Shown: positions 27,140-39,918, numbered from the stretch's first letter. The stretch: 64,000 nucleotides of DNA from the human T2T-CHM13v2.0 reference genome, Homo sapiens (GCF_009914755.1 NC_060935.1); one strand, 5' to 3'. Notes: generated by a model not told the origin, from the letters alone. Numbers and translations are program-made.

Positions 27140-29100
27140 CTGTGGGAAAGGCCTCTACCTAACCAGTGAAAGTGTCTTCCCAGATGAAGAGGTATTTTAG
27201 TTTCCTGACTCGGGGCAAGTGAGTAAAGTCAATTTGCCAGTCCTTGGCAGGGGCAAATCCTCGAGCTTGATGTGTAGGGAAGAGAGGGGGCCTGAACAAT
27301 CCCTGAGGTGTAGTAGAATAGCAGATGGAACACTGAGAAGTGATTCCCTTGAGGATAGATTTCCACAATGGAAAGTAAACAAGAGGTTCTAAGAGGTGGG
27401 CTAGTGGCTTGTAACCTATGTGGAAGAGGTTATGAAGTGACAACACAATAGAATGGGCTGTGAGGCTGGAAGGAGATATTTTCCTTTGTCCAAGAACCAT
27501 TTGCCTTGAGTAAGGAGGGATTGATAGGTGGAAACTTCAGTGGGAGAGTAAGTAGGAGTGACTGATGAGGAGAAAAACTGGCTGTGAGGGATAGAATTAG
27601 GAATGCTAGCTGCTTCTTTAGCTACCTTATCAGCATAAGCATTGCCCTGAGCGATGGGATCTGATGCCTTTTGATGGCCCTTGTAGTGAATGACTCCAGC
27701 TTCCTTTGGAAGTAAAGTGGCCTTGAGAAGAGTTTTTATTAAAGAGGCATTAATGATGGAGGATGCTTGCATAGTGAGGAAACCTCTTTCAGCCCATATA
27801 ACAGCATGGTGGTGCAGGATATGGAAGGCATATTTAGAGTCAGTGTAAATATTGATGCATAGTCCCTTTGCATGTGTGAAGGCCCAAGTTAAAGGAATGA
27901 GTTCAGCTGGCTGAGAGGTAGTGGAGTGGGGCAGAGTGGTAGCCTCAATGATGGATGTGGAAGACACTATAGCATAGCCTGCCTTTGCCGGTGATTGGTG
28001 ATTGGGCCTGGAAGAACTACCTTCAGTAAACCAAGTGTGGTCTGTGTGGGCAAAAGGAAAGAGGGAAATATGGGGAAATGGGGAGAATGAATGGTTTAGT
28101 TGGGATGGCAAAACCAGGTATCCAAAGGTGGAAGTACCTAACTATGCCTAGGAAGGAAAGGAGTTGTTTTGTAGCAGGGGTTAGGGTTTGGGAGATTAGC
28201 TGGAGATGATCAGCAGGGAGAGCACATGTGTTTTCATGAAGAATTATGCTGAGACAGGTAATGGATGAGGAAGAAATTTGGGTTTGACTGAAGTAATGGG
28301 GGCTGTCCCCGAAGCCTTGCAGCAGTACAGCCCAGGTAAGTTGCTGAGGCTGATGGGTGTCAGGGTCAGTCCAAGTGAAAGCAAAGAGAGGCTGGGATGA
28401 AGAGTGCAATGGAATAGTAAAGAAAGCAGGTTTGAGATCCAGAACAGAATAATGGGTTGTGGAGGGGTTGTGGAGTGAGGTATTGAGGATAGGGAAGTAT
28501 AGGGGTTTAGCACCACGAGGTGGATAGGCAAGACAGTTTGGTTGATAAGACACAGATCCTGAACTAACCTGTAAGACTTGTCCAGTTTTTGGACAGGTAA
28601 AATGGGGGAATTGTAAAGAGAGTTTATAGGCTTTAAAAACCCATGCTGTAGCAGGTGAGTGATAACAGGCTTTAACCTTTTTAAAGCCTGCTGTGGGACG
28701 GGATATTACCATTGAGTGGGGAAAGGGTGATTAGGTTTTAATGGGATGATAAGGGGTGCATGATCGTTTGCCAAGGTAGGAGTAGAGGTATCTTATTCTT
28801 GTGGATTAAGGTAGGGAGACACAAGGGGAGGATGTGAAGGAGGCTTCAAACTGGGGAAAAGGGCAGCAGTGAGGTGTAGCTGTAGTCCAGGAATAGTCAG
28901 GGAAGCAGATAATTTAGTTAAAATGTCTCGACCTAATAAGGGAGCTGGGCAGGTAGGGATAACTAAAAAGGAGAGTATAAAAGAATGTTGTCCAAGTTGG
29001 CAATGTGGAGTGGGTAGCCTCCATATTGATGAAGAAGGGGATGGACTTACCTTTCACTGTAAGAGTTATCCAAAGCTTCTGTGATGGTCTTGTAGGTTTC
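27140..29100 (-). pseudogene. pol: HERV-H pro/pol remnant (partial RT, RNase H, integrase N-terminus; multiple deletions and frameshifts)
   Basis: RT YSVLDLKPAFFTIPL...FAFTW...VLLQGFGDSPHYF (no YxDD follows); RNase H WFTEGSS...AELIPL...NIYTDSKYAF...GNAYADKVAK; IN HNLFH...CSIC...DWQIDFTH. Confidence 0.93.
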
Positions 29101-29118
29101 TGAGGCGATTGGACAGTG

Positions 29119-29900
29119 TCAGTCTTCAGCTGCTAAGCTGAGAAGATCTGGGAAGTCAGTCAGAGAGCCTTGGGCCAGAGTTCCAGGGCATCTCAGAGTG
29201 GCTGCCAGGCGAGTTGGACAGTCTGATTTCCAGTGGTGTCCTGCACAGATGAGACATGGCTTAGGAGGAATCCCAAGCTGCGAGCATTCCTTAACCCAGT
29301 GGCCAGATTTTCGGCACTTGAAGCAAGATCTTGGGGGATGAGGTCCTGGAGGAACACCTGGCTGCTGCGATTTAGGCATTTTGAAGTTCTTGTGTGCTGA
29401 AGATGTGGCTGGGGTTTCTCTTACAGCAGAGGCAAGTAATTGCAACTTTTCTCTATTATTGTACACCTTGAAGGTGCATTGGGAGCAGAGACTAGGGAAG
29501 GACCAATGTGTAAAAAAATGCCTGGACATCAGGCACCTCAAACCATTTGCCCATTTTATGACAATAATTATCTAGATTCTGTAGGATGGAAAAATCAAAA
29601 GTGCCATTTTCTGGCTATTTGGAACAATTGTTGAGTTTGTATTGGGGTCAAGTGGTATTGCAGAAGAAATTAAGGCATTTAGGTTTTAAGTGTGGTGTGA
29701 GTTGAAGAGGTTTTAAGTTCTTGAGAACAGAGGCTAACAGAGAAGAAGGAGGAATGGAGGGTGGAAGTCTGTCCATAGTGAAGGAGGCAAGCCCAGAGAA
29801 AAGAGAGGGTATAGGCATGGGGGGGGTACTTGCCCCCCAAGGTGAGGTGGTGCTTGCCACCAAGGTGAAGGATCAAAGCAAGCGTCCCCTTGGTGATCAG
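29119..29900 (-). pseudogene. gag: HERV-H gag remnant
   Basis: NC zinc knuckles CFKCRKSGHWVKEC and CLICAGHHWKSDC, C-terminus LAAED-stop; MA-like LPPSIPPSSLLASVLKNLKPLQLTPHLKPKCLNFFCNT. Confidence 0.9.
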
Positions 29901-30155
29901 ACACCTCTGAAATGTGGTTGAATAATCAGGTAGGCGTCCCCGCAGTGATTAAACACCAAGGGAAGACTGTCTTCCCAAGTCCATGACCGGCGCGGGACTT
30001 CTGGGTTCATGGATAAAATGCATCTCTGTCTCTACCAGAAAAGAAAAGGAACTGAAATTAAGGGAAGGGAGAGATTGAAGGGTGATGCCAAAATTGAAAA
30101 GAGAAAGAGGTTGAGGGGTAGTGAGACAGGTTAGAGAAGAGAGTAAAAAGAGGCA

Positions 30156-30164
30156 GCTTACCTG
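30156..30164 (-). promoter_or_regulatory. HERV-H leader major splice donor
   Basis: Minus strand CAG|GTAAGC about 140 nt downstream of the 5' LTR, where HERV-H carries its main donor. Confidence 0.7.
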
Positions 30165-30280
30165 ATTTAAATTTGGTGAGATGTTCCTTGGACTGGTTGG
30201 TCTGAGGACCCAAGGTCATAGGTGGATGTTTCTCATGGAGCAGGAAGACAGGGGATTGATCTCCCAAGGGAGGTCCCCTG

Positions 30281-30298
30281 ATCCAAGTCATGGCACCA
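30281..30298 (-). other. Primer binding site, tRNA-His
   Basis: Minus strand TGGTGCCATGACTTGGAT vs His PBS TGGTGCCGTGACTCGGAT (two CpG-decay changes), 2 nt from the 5' LTR. Confidence 0.92.
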
Positions 30299-30300
30299 AA

Positions 30301-30613
30301 TATCACACACATTCATGTGAAGAGACCACCAAACAGGATCTGTTTGAGCAATAAAGCTATTTATGTCACCTAGGTGCAGGCGGGCTGAGTCTGAAAAAGG
30401 AGTCAGTGAAGGGAGATGGGGTGGGGCAGTTTTATAGGATTTGTGTAGGTAGTGGAAAATTACAGTCAAAGGGGTTGTTTTCTGGTGGGCAGGGGCGGGG
30501 ATCACAAGGTGCTCAGCAGGGAGCTTCTGAGACTCATTGTCCAGGAGAAGGAATTTCACAAGATAATGTCATCAGTTAAGGCAGGAACCAGCCATTTTCA
30601 CTTCTTCCTGATA
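30301..30613 (-). mobile_element. HERV-H 5' LTR (LTR7 family), 313 bp, with 61-bp U3 deletion
   Basis: Aligns to 25623-25928 (about 10% different by hand count) then jumps to terminal CCTGATA; TATAAAA (30430-30436) and GC/GT boxes present. Confidence 0.95.
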
Positions 30614-31255
30614 ACCACATAATTTGGCAATCACTTAACTGTATTTATCCAAAGAAAAATAAGTCACTATAACAAAGGGATATCTACACTGGCAAGTTCA
30701 TTGTACCACTGTTCACAGCAGCAAATATATGGAATCAATCTGAATGTTCAAATGAATGGATAAAGAAAATATGGTATATATACACAATGAAATACTATTC
30801 AGCCACAAAAAGGAATAAAATCATGTCATTTTCAGCTATATAGAAGGAACCACAGGTCATGTTACGTGAAATAAGCCAGGCACCAAAAGACAATTATCAC
30901 GTGTACTCACTCATATGTGGGGACTAAAAAAAGTTGATCTCAAGGTTAGGAAGGTTTGGGGTGTGGTGGGAGGATAAAGAAAAGTTGATTAATGGGTACA
31001 AACATACAGTTAGCTAGAAGGTGTAAGTTCTAGTGTTTGATAGCAAAGTAGGGAATAGTTAATTATAATATATTGATATTTCAAAGTAGCTAGAAGATAA
31101 GACTTGAAATGTTCCCAACACATAAAATGATACATACTTAAGGTGTTGGATATCCCAAATACCTTGACTTGATTATTACACATTTTATGCATGTAACAAA
31201 ATATCACAGGTAATATATAAATATGTAAAATATTATGTATCAATGAAAAAGAATT
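30614..31255 (+). mobile_element. L1MA (L1MA4/5-like) 3' end, downstream of HERV-H insertion
   Basis: GAATGGATAAAGAAAATATGG, GGGTACAAACATACAGTTAG, terminus ATATTATGTATCAATGAAAAA. Confidence 0.9.
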
Positions 31256-31460
31256 TAAAAGAAAAATATTAAGGTATTTTATCTGAAATGTTAATTATAG
31301 AGGCTTGACTTCTCTCAGTAATTTAGTGAAAATAAATACATACATACATAAATACACAAATAAATAGAAATTCTGGAATGCATTACTATCTTGATTGCAA
31401 ACAAGTATGCATACTGAAATAAGTGTGGTATTAAGTTGTACTCATTTGAAAGCTGTTGGA

Positions 31461-31784
<324 letters not shown>

Positions 31785-34068
31785 TCATGCCTCTAAGTGC
31801 AACAAAAATGAAAAGACTGCATTTTGACAATAGCTTTTATGTGAGCTTCTCTTTGTGAGGTTTTACTTGCTATTGCTATCAGGCATCACTGCTTACTTAA
31901 TAAATAATGTTAATAAATGATTTAGCACACATTCATTTACTTTTGTTTATGCATCACATATTTTTTAAAAGCTAATTAATCTGTCTTATATTCATCATTA
32001 CACATATGTGAAGCAAACACATGGAAAAAATAAAAGAAATATCCCTAGATTTATCCAATTGAATTATAATTATTTTGAGTAAATTTAACCTTTATTTCTT
32101 ACAACCTTCTAAATTATATATTTTAGCAATCTACTTTTGTATAATATTTGTAAAACTAACAATAATATTTACGTGTTATTTCATGCAAGAACATTAATTA
32201 ACTGTTACGTTTTAGGATTTGGCCTCAGCATCTAGTTTAGTAAGTGGTGCACGTAGACCTCTTTGACTTGTTTTTGACCTTACAGAAAAAGCACTACGTC
32301 TTTCTTCATTAAGTAAGGCGCTAGCTGTATGGTTTTCATAGATTTTCTTTATTAAGTTAAGAATGTTATGTGTTATACCTGGTTTGCTAAGAGTTTTTAG
32401 TAGGAAATGAACTTGAATTTTGTGCAAATATTTTATTTTGCATCTTTTTGTATGATCATATATTTAATTTTATTCTGCTAATACCATGACTGACAATGAT
32501 TAATTTTCAAATTTTAAACAAACTTTGCATTCCTGGGATAAATTCCACTTGGTCATAGTGTATTATCTTTATTATACATTTTTTTATTCTATTTGCTGTA
32601 ATTGGTCTTAATTTTTGCATCTATGTTTATGTGAAATGCTCAAATGTAGTTTCCCATAATGTCCGTCTTTTGAATTAAAGAAATGTGGACATGAAGATAT
32701 GAAGTGGGAACTATCATCTTTCTTCCAAATCTTTGCAAAATTTGTGGATAGTATTATTTCTTAAATAATGGTTAGAGTTAACCAATGAATTCATCTGAAT
32801 CTGAAGTCTCTGCAAAAGAAGGATTTCGATTATACATTTATTTTTATCAATATAGTGCCCTTAAGATTCTCTATTACTTCTGGGTGAGTTTTGGTAGTTT
32901 GTATCATTTACACAATTTCATTTCATTTAAATTGTCAAATGCCTTTGTATAAAGTTGTTCAGAATATTTTCTTATCACCCATTTAACATTTGTAGATTGT
33001 ATGGTAGTCAACTCTTCAATCACTGATATTGGAATTTTTATACTCTTATTTCTAATCAAGTTGGTCAGATAGTTATCAATTTTATTGATCTTTTCAGAGA
33101 AATTGTTTTTCATTTTATTATTTTCTGTTTTCTATTTCATTGATGTTGACTCTTCTATTAATTTCTTCACTCATATTTTGGGTTTTCTTTGCTCCTCTTC
33201 TACTGGTTTCTTAAGGTGGATACTGAGATCATTCATTTGAGAATTTAATCTTTTCTAATGTAAATGTTTACTGCAATGAATTTCCTTCTTATACTGCATT
33301 AGCTTTATTATGCAAAATTTGCAGGTAATTTTGCATTTTCATAGATGTGTTGCATTTTTATTTGTATTTAATTTAAAATAAATTTTAATTTTGCTTTTGA
33401 GATTTTCTTTGACGCATTGATTATTTGCGTAAGAGTTATTCAGTTTGCACATATGTATTTGTTTTTCCAGATATCTTTTTGGAATTGCTTTCTGGTTTAA
33501 TTTTATTGTGTTCATAGTACATAGTTTGTATAATTTAGAACTTTTTAAACTTGTCAAGACTTATTTTATAGTTTTAAGTAGGTTTTATCATGGTAAATGG
33601 TCCATATACACTTGAAAAAAATGAACATTTTGCCATTATTGGATGGAAATTTCTATAAATATATATCAACCACTAGCAAGTTGGTTGATAGTGTTGCTAA
33701 ACTTCTACATACTTACTGATTTTTTAAAAATCCTTTTTATAACAAATACCAGCAGAGGTGTTAAAATCTCTGACTTTATTTGTAGAATTGCCTATTTCTC
33801 CTTATTGTTCTACAGCTCTTGTTTTATGAATTTTGAACTTCTGTTATGATATATATATAATAATTTAGGTTTGTTCAGGTCCTGTTGATAAATGGACTGC
33901 ATTATGATTATAAAATTCACCTTTTAAAGCCCTGGTAATATTCTTTCCTCTGTAATCAACTTACTTTGATATTAATATAGCCCCACCACCTCTTCTTTTG
34001 CTGATTTTAGGATTTTCACTTGTTTAAGCAATTTTATTGTGGCCTGCTTGTATTTGATTTCATTATGA

Positions 34069-34370
34069 TTTTTTTTTTTTTTTTTGAGATGGAATCTCAC
34101 TTTTGTCACCCAGGCTGGAATGCAATGGCGCAATCTAGGCTCACTGCAACCTTCGCTTCCCTGGTTCAAACGCTTCTCCTTCCTCAGCCTCCAGAGTAGA
34201 TGGGATTACAAGTACCTGCCACCATGCCTGGCTAATTTTTTTGTATTTTTAGGAGAGACAGGGTTTTATCATGTTGGACAGGCTGGTCTTGAACTGCTGA
34301 CATCAGGTGATCTGCCCTCCTCATCCTCCCAAAGTGCTGGGATTACAGGCATGAACCAAGGTGCCCAGCC
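34069..34370 (-). mobile_element. AluS (Sq/Sp-like)
   Basis: Poly-T, full dimer; flanking direct repeat ATTTCATTATG on both sides. Confidence 0.95.
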
Positions 34371-34971
34371 TAATTTCATTATGTTTCTTAAGCTTGGGGT
34401 TTGTTGAGTTTCTTAGATCTGTGGCTATACAATTTTCATCAAATTGGTAACTGTTCTTGAAATACCAACTTGAATAATGCTTTTAATAAATGATTATTTT
34501 TATTTTTAATAAATTTTATTTTAATAATTTTTTATAAAAGCATTCATTTTATTTTTTCCTGTTCATCCCCTATTGGAATCTCCTATTTTACAATATTAGG
34601 TAGGCTATGTGAAGTTGTTTCACAGCTCACTGGTAATTTGTTAATTCGTCTATTCTTCATTGTGTGATTTATTTTGAGTAGTTTCTTTTTCCTTGTTTTC
34701 GTGCTCACCAAACATTTTTTTTTGCCATGTTTAATCATCCTAATGCCATTAATTATATTTTTTACTTCAGACATTCTAGTTTTCATTTCTAGAAGTTTAG
34801 CTTGTTTTTTTTTTTTTTTTTAATATATATCTTCTATGCTTCAATTTAACATGTTTAATCTTTCCTTTTGGATTTTTTTTCCATTGGTGCCATTATAATA
34901 AAAAGTATCCACTAATTCTAGTATCTGTATAATTTCTGGGTAAATTTAATTGATAATTTTTTTCTCTCCTT

Positions 34972-36111
34972 TGTTACGGGAAGTCAGGGACCCCGAATGG
35001 AGGGACCGGCTGGAGCCGCGGAAGAGTAACATAAATTGTGAAGATTTCATCTTAATATGGACATTTATCAGTTCTCAAATAATACTTTTATAATTTCTTA
35101 TGCCTGTCTTTACTTTAATCTCTTAATCCTGTCATCTTCATAAGATGAGGATGTACGTCACCTCAGGACCACTGTGATAATTGTGTTAACTGTACAAATT
35201 GATTGTAAAACGTGTGTTTGAACAATATGAAATCAGTGCACCTTGAAAAAGAACAGAATAATAGCGATTTTTATGGAAGAAGGGGAGACAACCATAAGGT
35301 CTGACAGCCTGTGGGGTCGGGCAAAAAGAGCCATATTTTTCTTCTTCAGAGAGCCTATAAACAGACGTGCAAGTAGGAAACACATCACTAAATTATTTTC
35401 CTAGCAAGGAATATTAATATTAATACCCTGAGAAAAGAATGTGTTCCTGGGGGGAGGTCTATAAACAGCCACTCTGGGAATGTCTGTGTTGTGCAGTTGA
35501 GATAAAGACAGATACGCCCTGGTCTCCTGCAGAACCCTCAGGCTTACTAGGGTTGGGAAAACTCAGCCCTGGTAAATTTGTGGTCAGACTGATTCTCTGC
35601 TCTCAAACTCTGTTTTCTGTTATTTAAGATGTTTACCAACACAATACATGCACCGCTGAACATAGACCCTTATCAGTGGTTCTGCTTTTACCCTTTGCCC
35701 TGTGATCTTTGTTGGACCCTTATCAGTGGTTCTGTTTTTGCCCTTTGCCCTGTGATCTTTGTTGGACCCTTATCAGTGGTTCTGCTTTTGCCCTTTTCCC
35801 TGCTCTCTCAGAAGCATGTGATCTTTGTTAGACCCTTATCAGTGGTTCTGCTTTTTGTTGTTTTGAAGCATGTGATCTTTGTACCTACTCTTTGTTCTTA
35901 CACCCCCTCCCCTTTTGAAATCTTTAATAAAAACTTGTTGGTCTAAGACTCAGGTGGGCATCACAGTCCTACTGATATGTGATGTCACCCCTGGCGGCCC
36001 AGCTATAACATTCCTCTCTTTGTACTGTCTCTCTTTATTTCTCAGCTGGCCGACATTTATGGAAAATGGAAAGAACCCACACTGAAATATTGGGGGTGGG
36101 TTCTCCCAATA
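34972..36111 (+). mobile_element. MER11 (MER11A/B-like) solo LTR of HERV-K11/HML-8
   Basis: Starts TGTTACGGGAAGTCAGGGACCCCGAATGGAGGGACCGGCTGGAGCC, ends GGGGGTGGGTTCTCCCAATA; 6-bp TSD CTCCTT/CTCATT; AATAAA near 35926. Confidence 0.93.
35665..35882 (+). repeat. Four ~50-66-bp tandem repeats inside MER11
   Basis: GACCCTTATCAGTGGTTCTG...TGTGATCTTTGT units at 35665, 35715, 35765, 35831. Confidence 0.93.
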
Positions 36112-36161
36112 CTCATTATGGATTTCCTCTTTACATGACTGTTAAGTTTTGTTAAGCTACC

Positions 36162-36349
36162 AAGCAATTCTGCTTCAGCCTCCTGAGTAGCTGGGATTAC
36201 AGGCATGCGCCACCATGCCCGGCTAGCTTTGTATTTTTAGTAGAGACTGGGTTTCTCCATGTTGGTCTTAAAACTCCTGACCTCAGGCGATCCACCCACC
36301 TCGGCCTTCCAAAGTGTTGGGATTACAGGCATGAGCCACCGCGTTCAGC
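36162..36349 (-). mobile_element. AluSp-like fragment lacking 3' end and tail
   Basis: CAGCCTCCTGAGTAGCTGGGATTACAGGCATGCGCCACC...TTTCTCCATGTTGGTC...GAGCCACCGCG. Confidence 0.9.
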
Positions 36350-36724
36350 ATAACATTCTTAATCATTACTATGGAACATTGTTAAGTTAATAGGAAAGAG
36401 TCTTGCTTTTAATCTTCTAAGACAATATCAGCAGCGTTTATTTTAGCTTTTTTTTTTTGCCTATTGTTGAGACAAAACTCTTTCTAACTGCTCTACCCAG
36501 TACTATTTCAATTATTGGACTTTACATTCTGTTTGGTGGGAATCACTTTCCTTTGTTGCCTCATCCAATGTCTTGCAAGCTACTCTCTCATAGGCATGTT
36601 TTTTCTTTTTATTCTGTTTTTTGTTTTTTTTTTTTTTTTTTTTTGTCTTTTCAGATGGGAGGTACCAGGGGAAATTCCTGCCCTCTTATTACATCTAAGC
36701 CAAAATTATTGAGTCAAAAATGTT

Positions 36725-37568
36725 TTCTAGCAACAGAAACTCTCAGCCATTGCTGATAGGAATGCAAAATGGTACAGCCACTTTGAAAGACAGTTTGGCA
36801 GTTTTTTACCAAACTAAACATATTCTTACCATATGGTCTAGCAATCATATGGTAAGCATTCCACTGTATTTACTCAAAGGAGTTGAAAACTTGTGTTCAC
36901 ACAAACATTTTTATGTGAATATTTATAGCAGCTTTATTCATAATTGCCAAAACTTGGAAGCAACCAAGATGCCCTTCAATAGGTGAATGGATAAAATAAA
37001 CTGTGGTACATTCAGACAATGAAATATTATTTAGTGCTATAGAGAAATGCGCTATCAAGCCATGAAAAACACATGGAGGAAACTTAAATGCATGTTACTA
37101 ATTTAAAGAAGCCAATCTAAAAGGACTACATACTGTATATTTTCGACTATGTGACTTTCTATAAAAGGCAAAATAACAGAGACAGTAAAAAGATCAATGA
37201 TTGCCAGGGGTTTAGCAGAGAGGGAGAAGTTAATAGGCAGAGGACAGAGAATGTTTAGGGCAATGAAAATACTCTGAACAATACTATAATGGCAGATACA
37301 TGTCATTATACAAACCCAAGCCCGTAGAATGTACAACACCTAGAGTAAACCCTGATGTAAAATACAGACTTTGCGTGATTATTAAGTGTTAATATAGGTT
37401 CATTAATTGTGACAAATTAATTGTGTTAATTGTGACACTCTGAAAAGGATCTTAATAGTGTGGGAGGTTATGCATGTGTAGGGTTCGGGGGGCATATGGA
37501 AAATCTTTGTACCTTCTGCTCAATTTTGCTATGAACATGAAATTCTTCTAAAAAATAGTCTATTAAAA
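36725..37568 (+). mobile_element. L1MC1/2-like 3' end
   Basis: GGAATGCAAAATGGTACAGCCACTTTGAAAGACAGTTTGGCAG, GAATGTACAACACC.AGAGTAAACCCT.ATGTAA, CTTCTGCTCAATTTTGCT. Confidence 0.85.
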
Positions 37569-38061
37569 TGTCTTTTTTGCATTGTTAAAAAAATAGAACT
37601 CATAATTTTTTGTTGAATATATAGGAAGTTCTGTTTTCTAATTTAGTGTGTTTTGTTTCAAGATAATCTTTAATTTGTAGGGGTATAAAACTATTTTGCA
37701 AAACCCAAGAGCTTGTTAAGTCCTATCACAATATTTTGCATATTTGGTGAACATTTTTGGCATATTGTTTTAATGCTGTTTCTGATTTGATTGGGTTTGA
37801 TATGTTCAGATGGTGATTATTATTTTATGACTAGACATTTCTTCTTTAGCATTATTTAAAAGCTCTTTAGAAATAAAAGGCCATACAATTACAACCTCTT
37901 CAAAAATGTAAAGTCATACTCTGAAACTCTTTGTACCCTCAAATTATTTTAAAAGCTGTAAGCATTCACTGTGTGGTAGCAGGACAACTGCTAAACAATG
38001 TCAAGTACTGAACAGATGTTTCTGAATCTTATAAGTGTTTTTACCATGGCTGATAAATATA

Positions 38062-38357
<296 letters not shown>

Positions 38358-38717
38358 ATATTCATTTTTAAAAAACATCTTAGACTAACAAAGGGTAAAA
38401 ACATTTATACCATTTTAAAATATAATCCCATTATTTATAGTCTAAAGATAAAATAAAATATTGAAGGCATCTGATATTTGCAAAGACAATTGTGTATTTT
38501 TAAATTAAAATGTATAAAATATTTATGTACTTAAATATTTATAAAATATTTATGTGCTAATTTGAATCATTGGTTTTGGGTAATCTTTGGAACATCTTAG
38601 TAAGAGTATAGATTTCCACAGATTATAGATAAAATCATGACCTTGGCATTTACAGTCAATTACACAATGGCTTGTCAAAAAGTTTTAGTATGTATCTTAA
38701 ATCTATTCTGTTATTTT

Positions 38718-39028
38718 ATTTATTCATTTATTTGTTTGTTTGTTTGTTTGTTTGTTTTTGAGATGGAGTCTCCCTCTGTGGCCCAGGCTGGAGTGCAGTG
38801 GAGCAATCTCGGCTCACTGCAACCTCAGCCTCCTGGGTTCAAGAGATTCTCCTGACTCAGCCTCCTAAGTTGCTGAGATTACAGGCTCATGCTACCACGC
38901 TCAGCTTATTTCTGTATTTTTTAGTAGAGATGGGGTTCACCATGTTGGCCAGGCTGGTCTCAAACTCCTGACCTCAGGTGGCCTCCCAAAGTGTTGGGAT
39001 TATATGTGTGAGCCACCCACACCTGGTC
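38718..39028 (-). mobile_element. AluSx-like with (TTTG)n tail and short left-arm deletion
   Basis: Full dimer; TSD TATTCTGTTATTTT at 38704-38717 and 39029-39042. Confidence 0.95.
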
Positions 39029-39873
39029 TATTCTGTTATTTTTTGAAGCAGAATTTCTCATCTTCATTAGGATGTGTGACTTGAACATATTTGAGATGAG
39101 AGGGAGAGATAAAAACATACAACAAAAATATTTTAATGCAAAGACAATTACTTATAAAAATAAAAGAGAATAATTGAGTTTTGTCATTGAATATTTTGAT
39201 GTTGTAAACCTAACTTAACTCTTTGCCTAATTTTCCACGAAGATTTAGTTCTAATATATTTGAGGGCTTTTTATTATTTTCTTGTAAAGGTTGATGGAGA
39301 AGAAATTATTGAAGTTCATATCTTTGAACTACTACTGTTTGAGGAGAATAAAAAATCACATATTCCTTTGAGACACCTGTCTCATTAACTTCAGTATGGA
39401 TTTTGTCAGCATGAAGCCTGTATGATTAGGCATTAAAATTAATTTCATAAGAAGCTCAAGCAAAATTAGATTTCACATGGGTTTATTTTGGCAAAGTATT
39501 TTTCATCAGGGCTTTGGGGCCATTTACAAGAAGTGTTGGGATTTTTAGTGCATGTAACTGATGTACAATATAAATAATTTTTATCATAAAATCATTTGCG
39601 TGTATTACTTTTAATAATCACTAGATATTGACATATATGACTGATTCAACAGAGTATATGTTGATCCAAGCTCTTAAAATGAAAGAAAAACAAATATAAT
39701 GTTTTTTCTAGGACCTATTAATTCATACCTCCATATTCTAGTACTGCATATATACCTAAAAATGTTTTGATGGTGGATTCTTAAATTTTTAAACATTTCA
39801 TTATTATTAAGACACGATCAATAACTTTCAAATATGCAAGGTTCATAGATTATGACCATGTGAATATTTCATG

Positions 39874-39877
<4 letters not shown>

Positions 39878-39918
<41 letters not shown>
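39878..39918. repeat. (TA)n microsatellite
   Basis: Directly visible. Confidence 0.95.

Larger units (their letters stand above)
25623..30613 (-). mobile_element. HERV-H provirus, defective, 4,991 bp
   Basis: Two LTR7-type LTRs, His PBS, gag-pro-pol-env remnants in order on minus strand; perfect 5-bp TSD ACCAC at 25618-25622 and 30614-30618. Confidence 0.97.
32210..36650 (-). mobile_element. Old L1M (ORF2/ORF1 fragments) interrupted by two Alus and MER11
   Basis: Antisense ORF2 peptides (LLKTLSKPGI..LNLIKKIYEN; FSEKINKID..L..LI; YSEQLY..FDNLNEM) and TTGCATTCCTGGGATAAATTCCACTTGGTCATAGTG. Confidence 0.75.

Noticed and set aside
27159-29541. Functional retroviral Gag/Pol proteins
   Set aside because: Frameshifts, missing YxDD, truncated integrase and deleted capsid region
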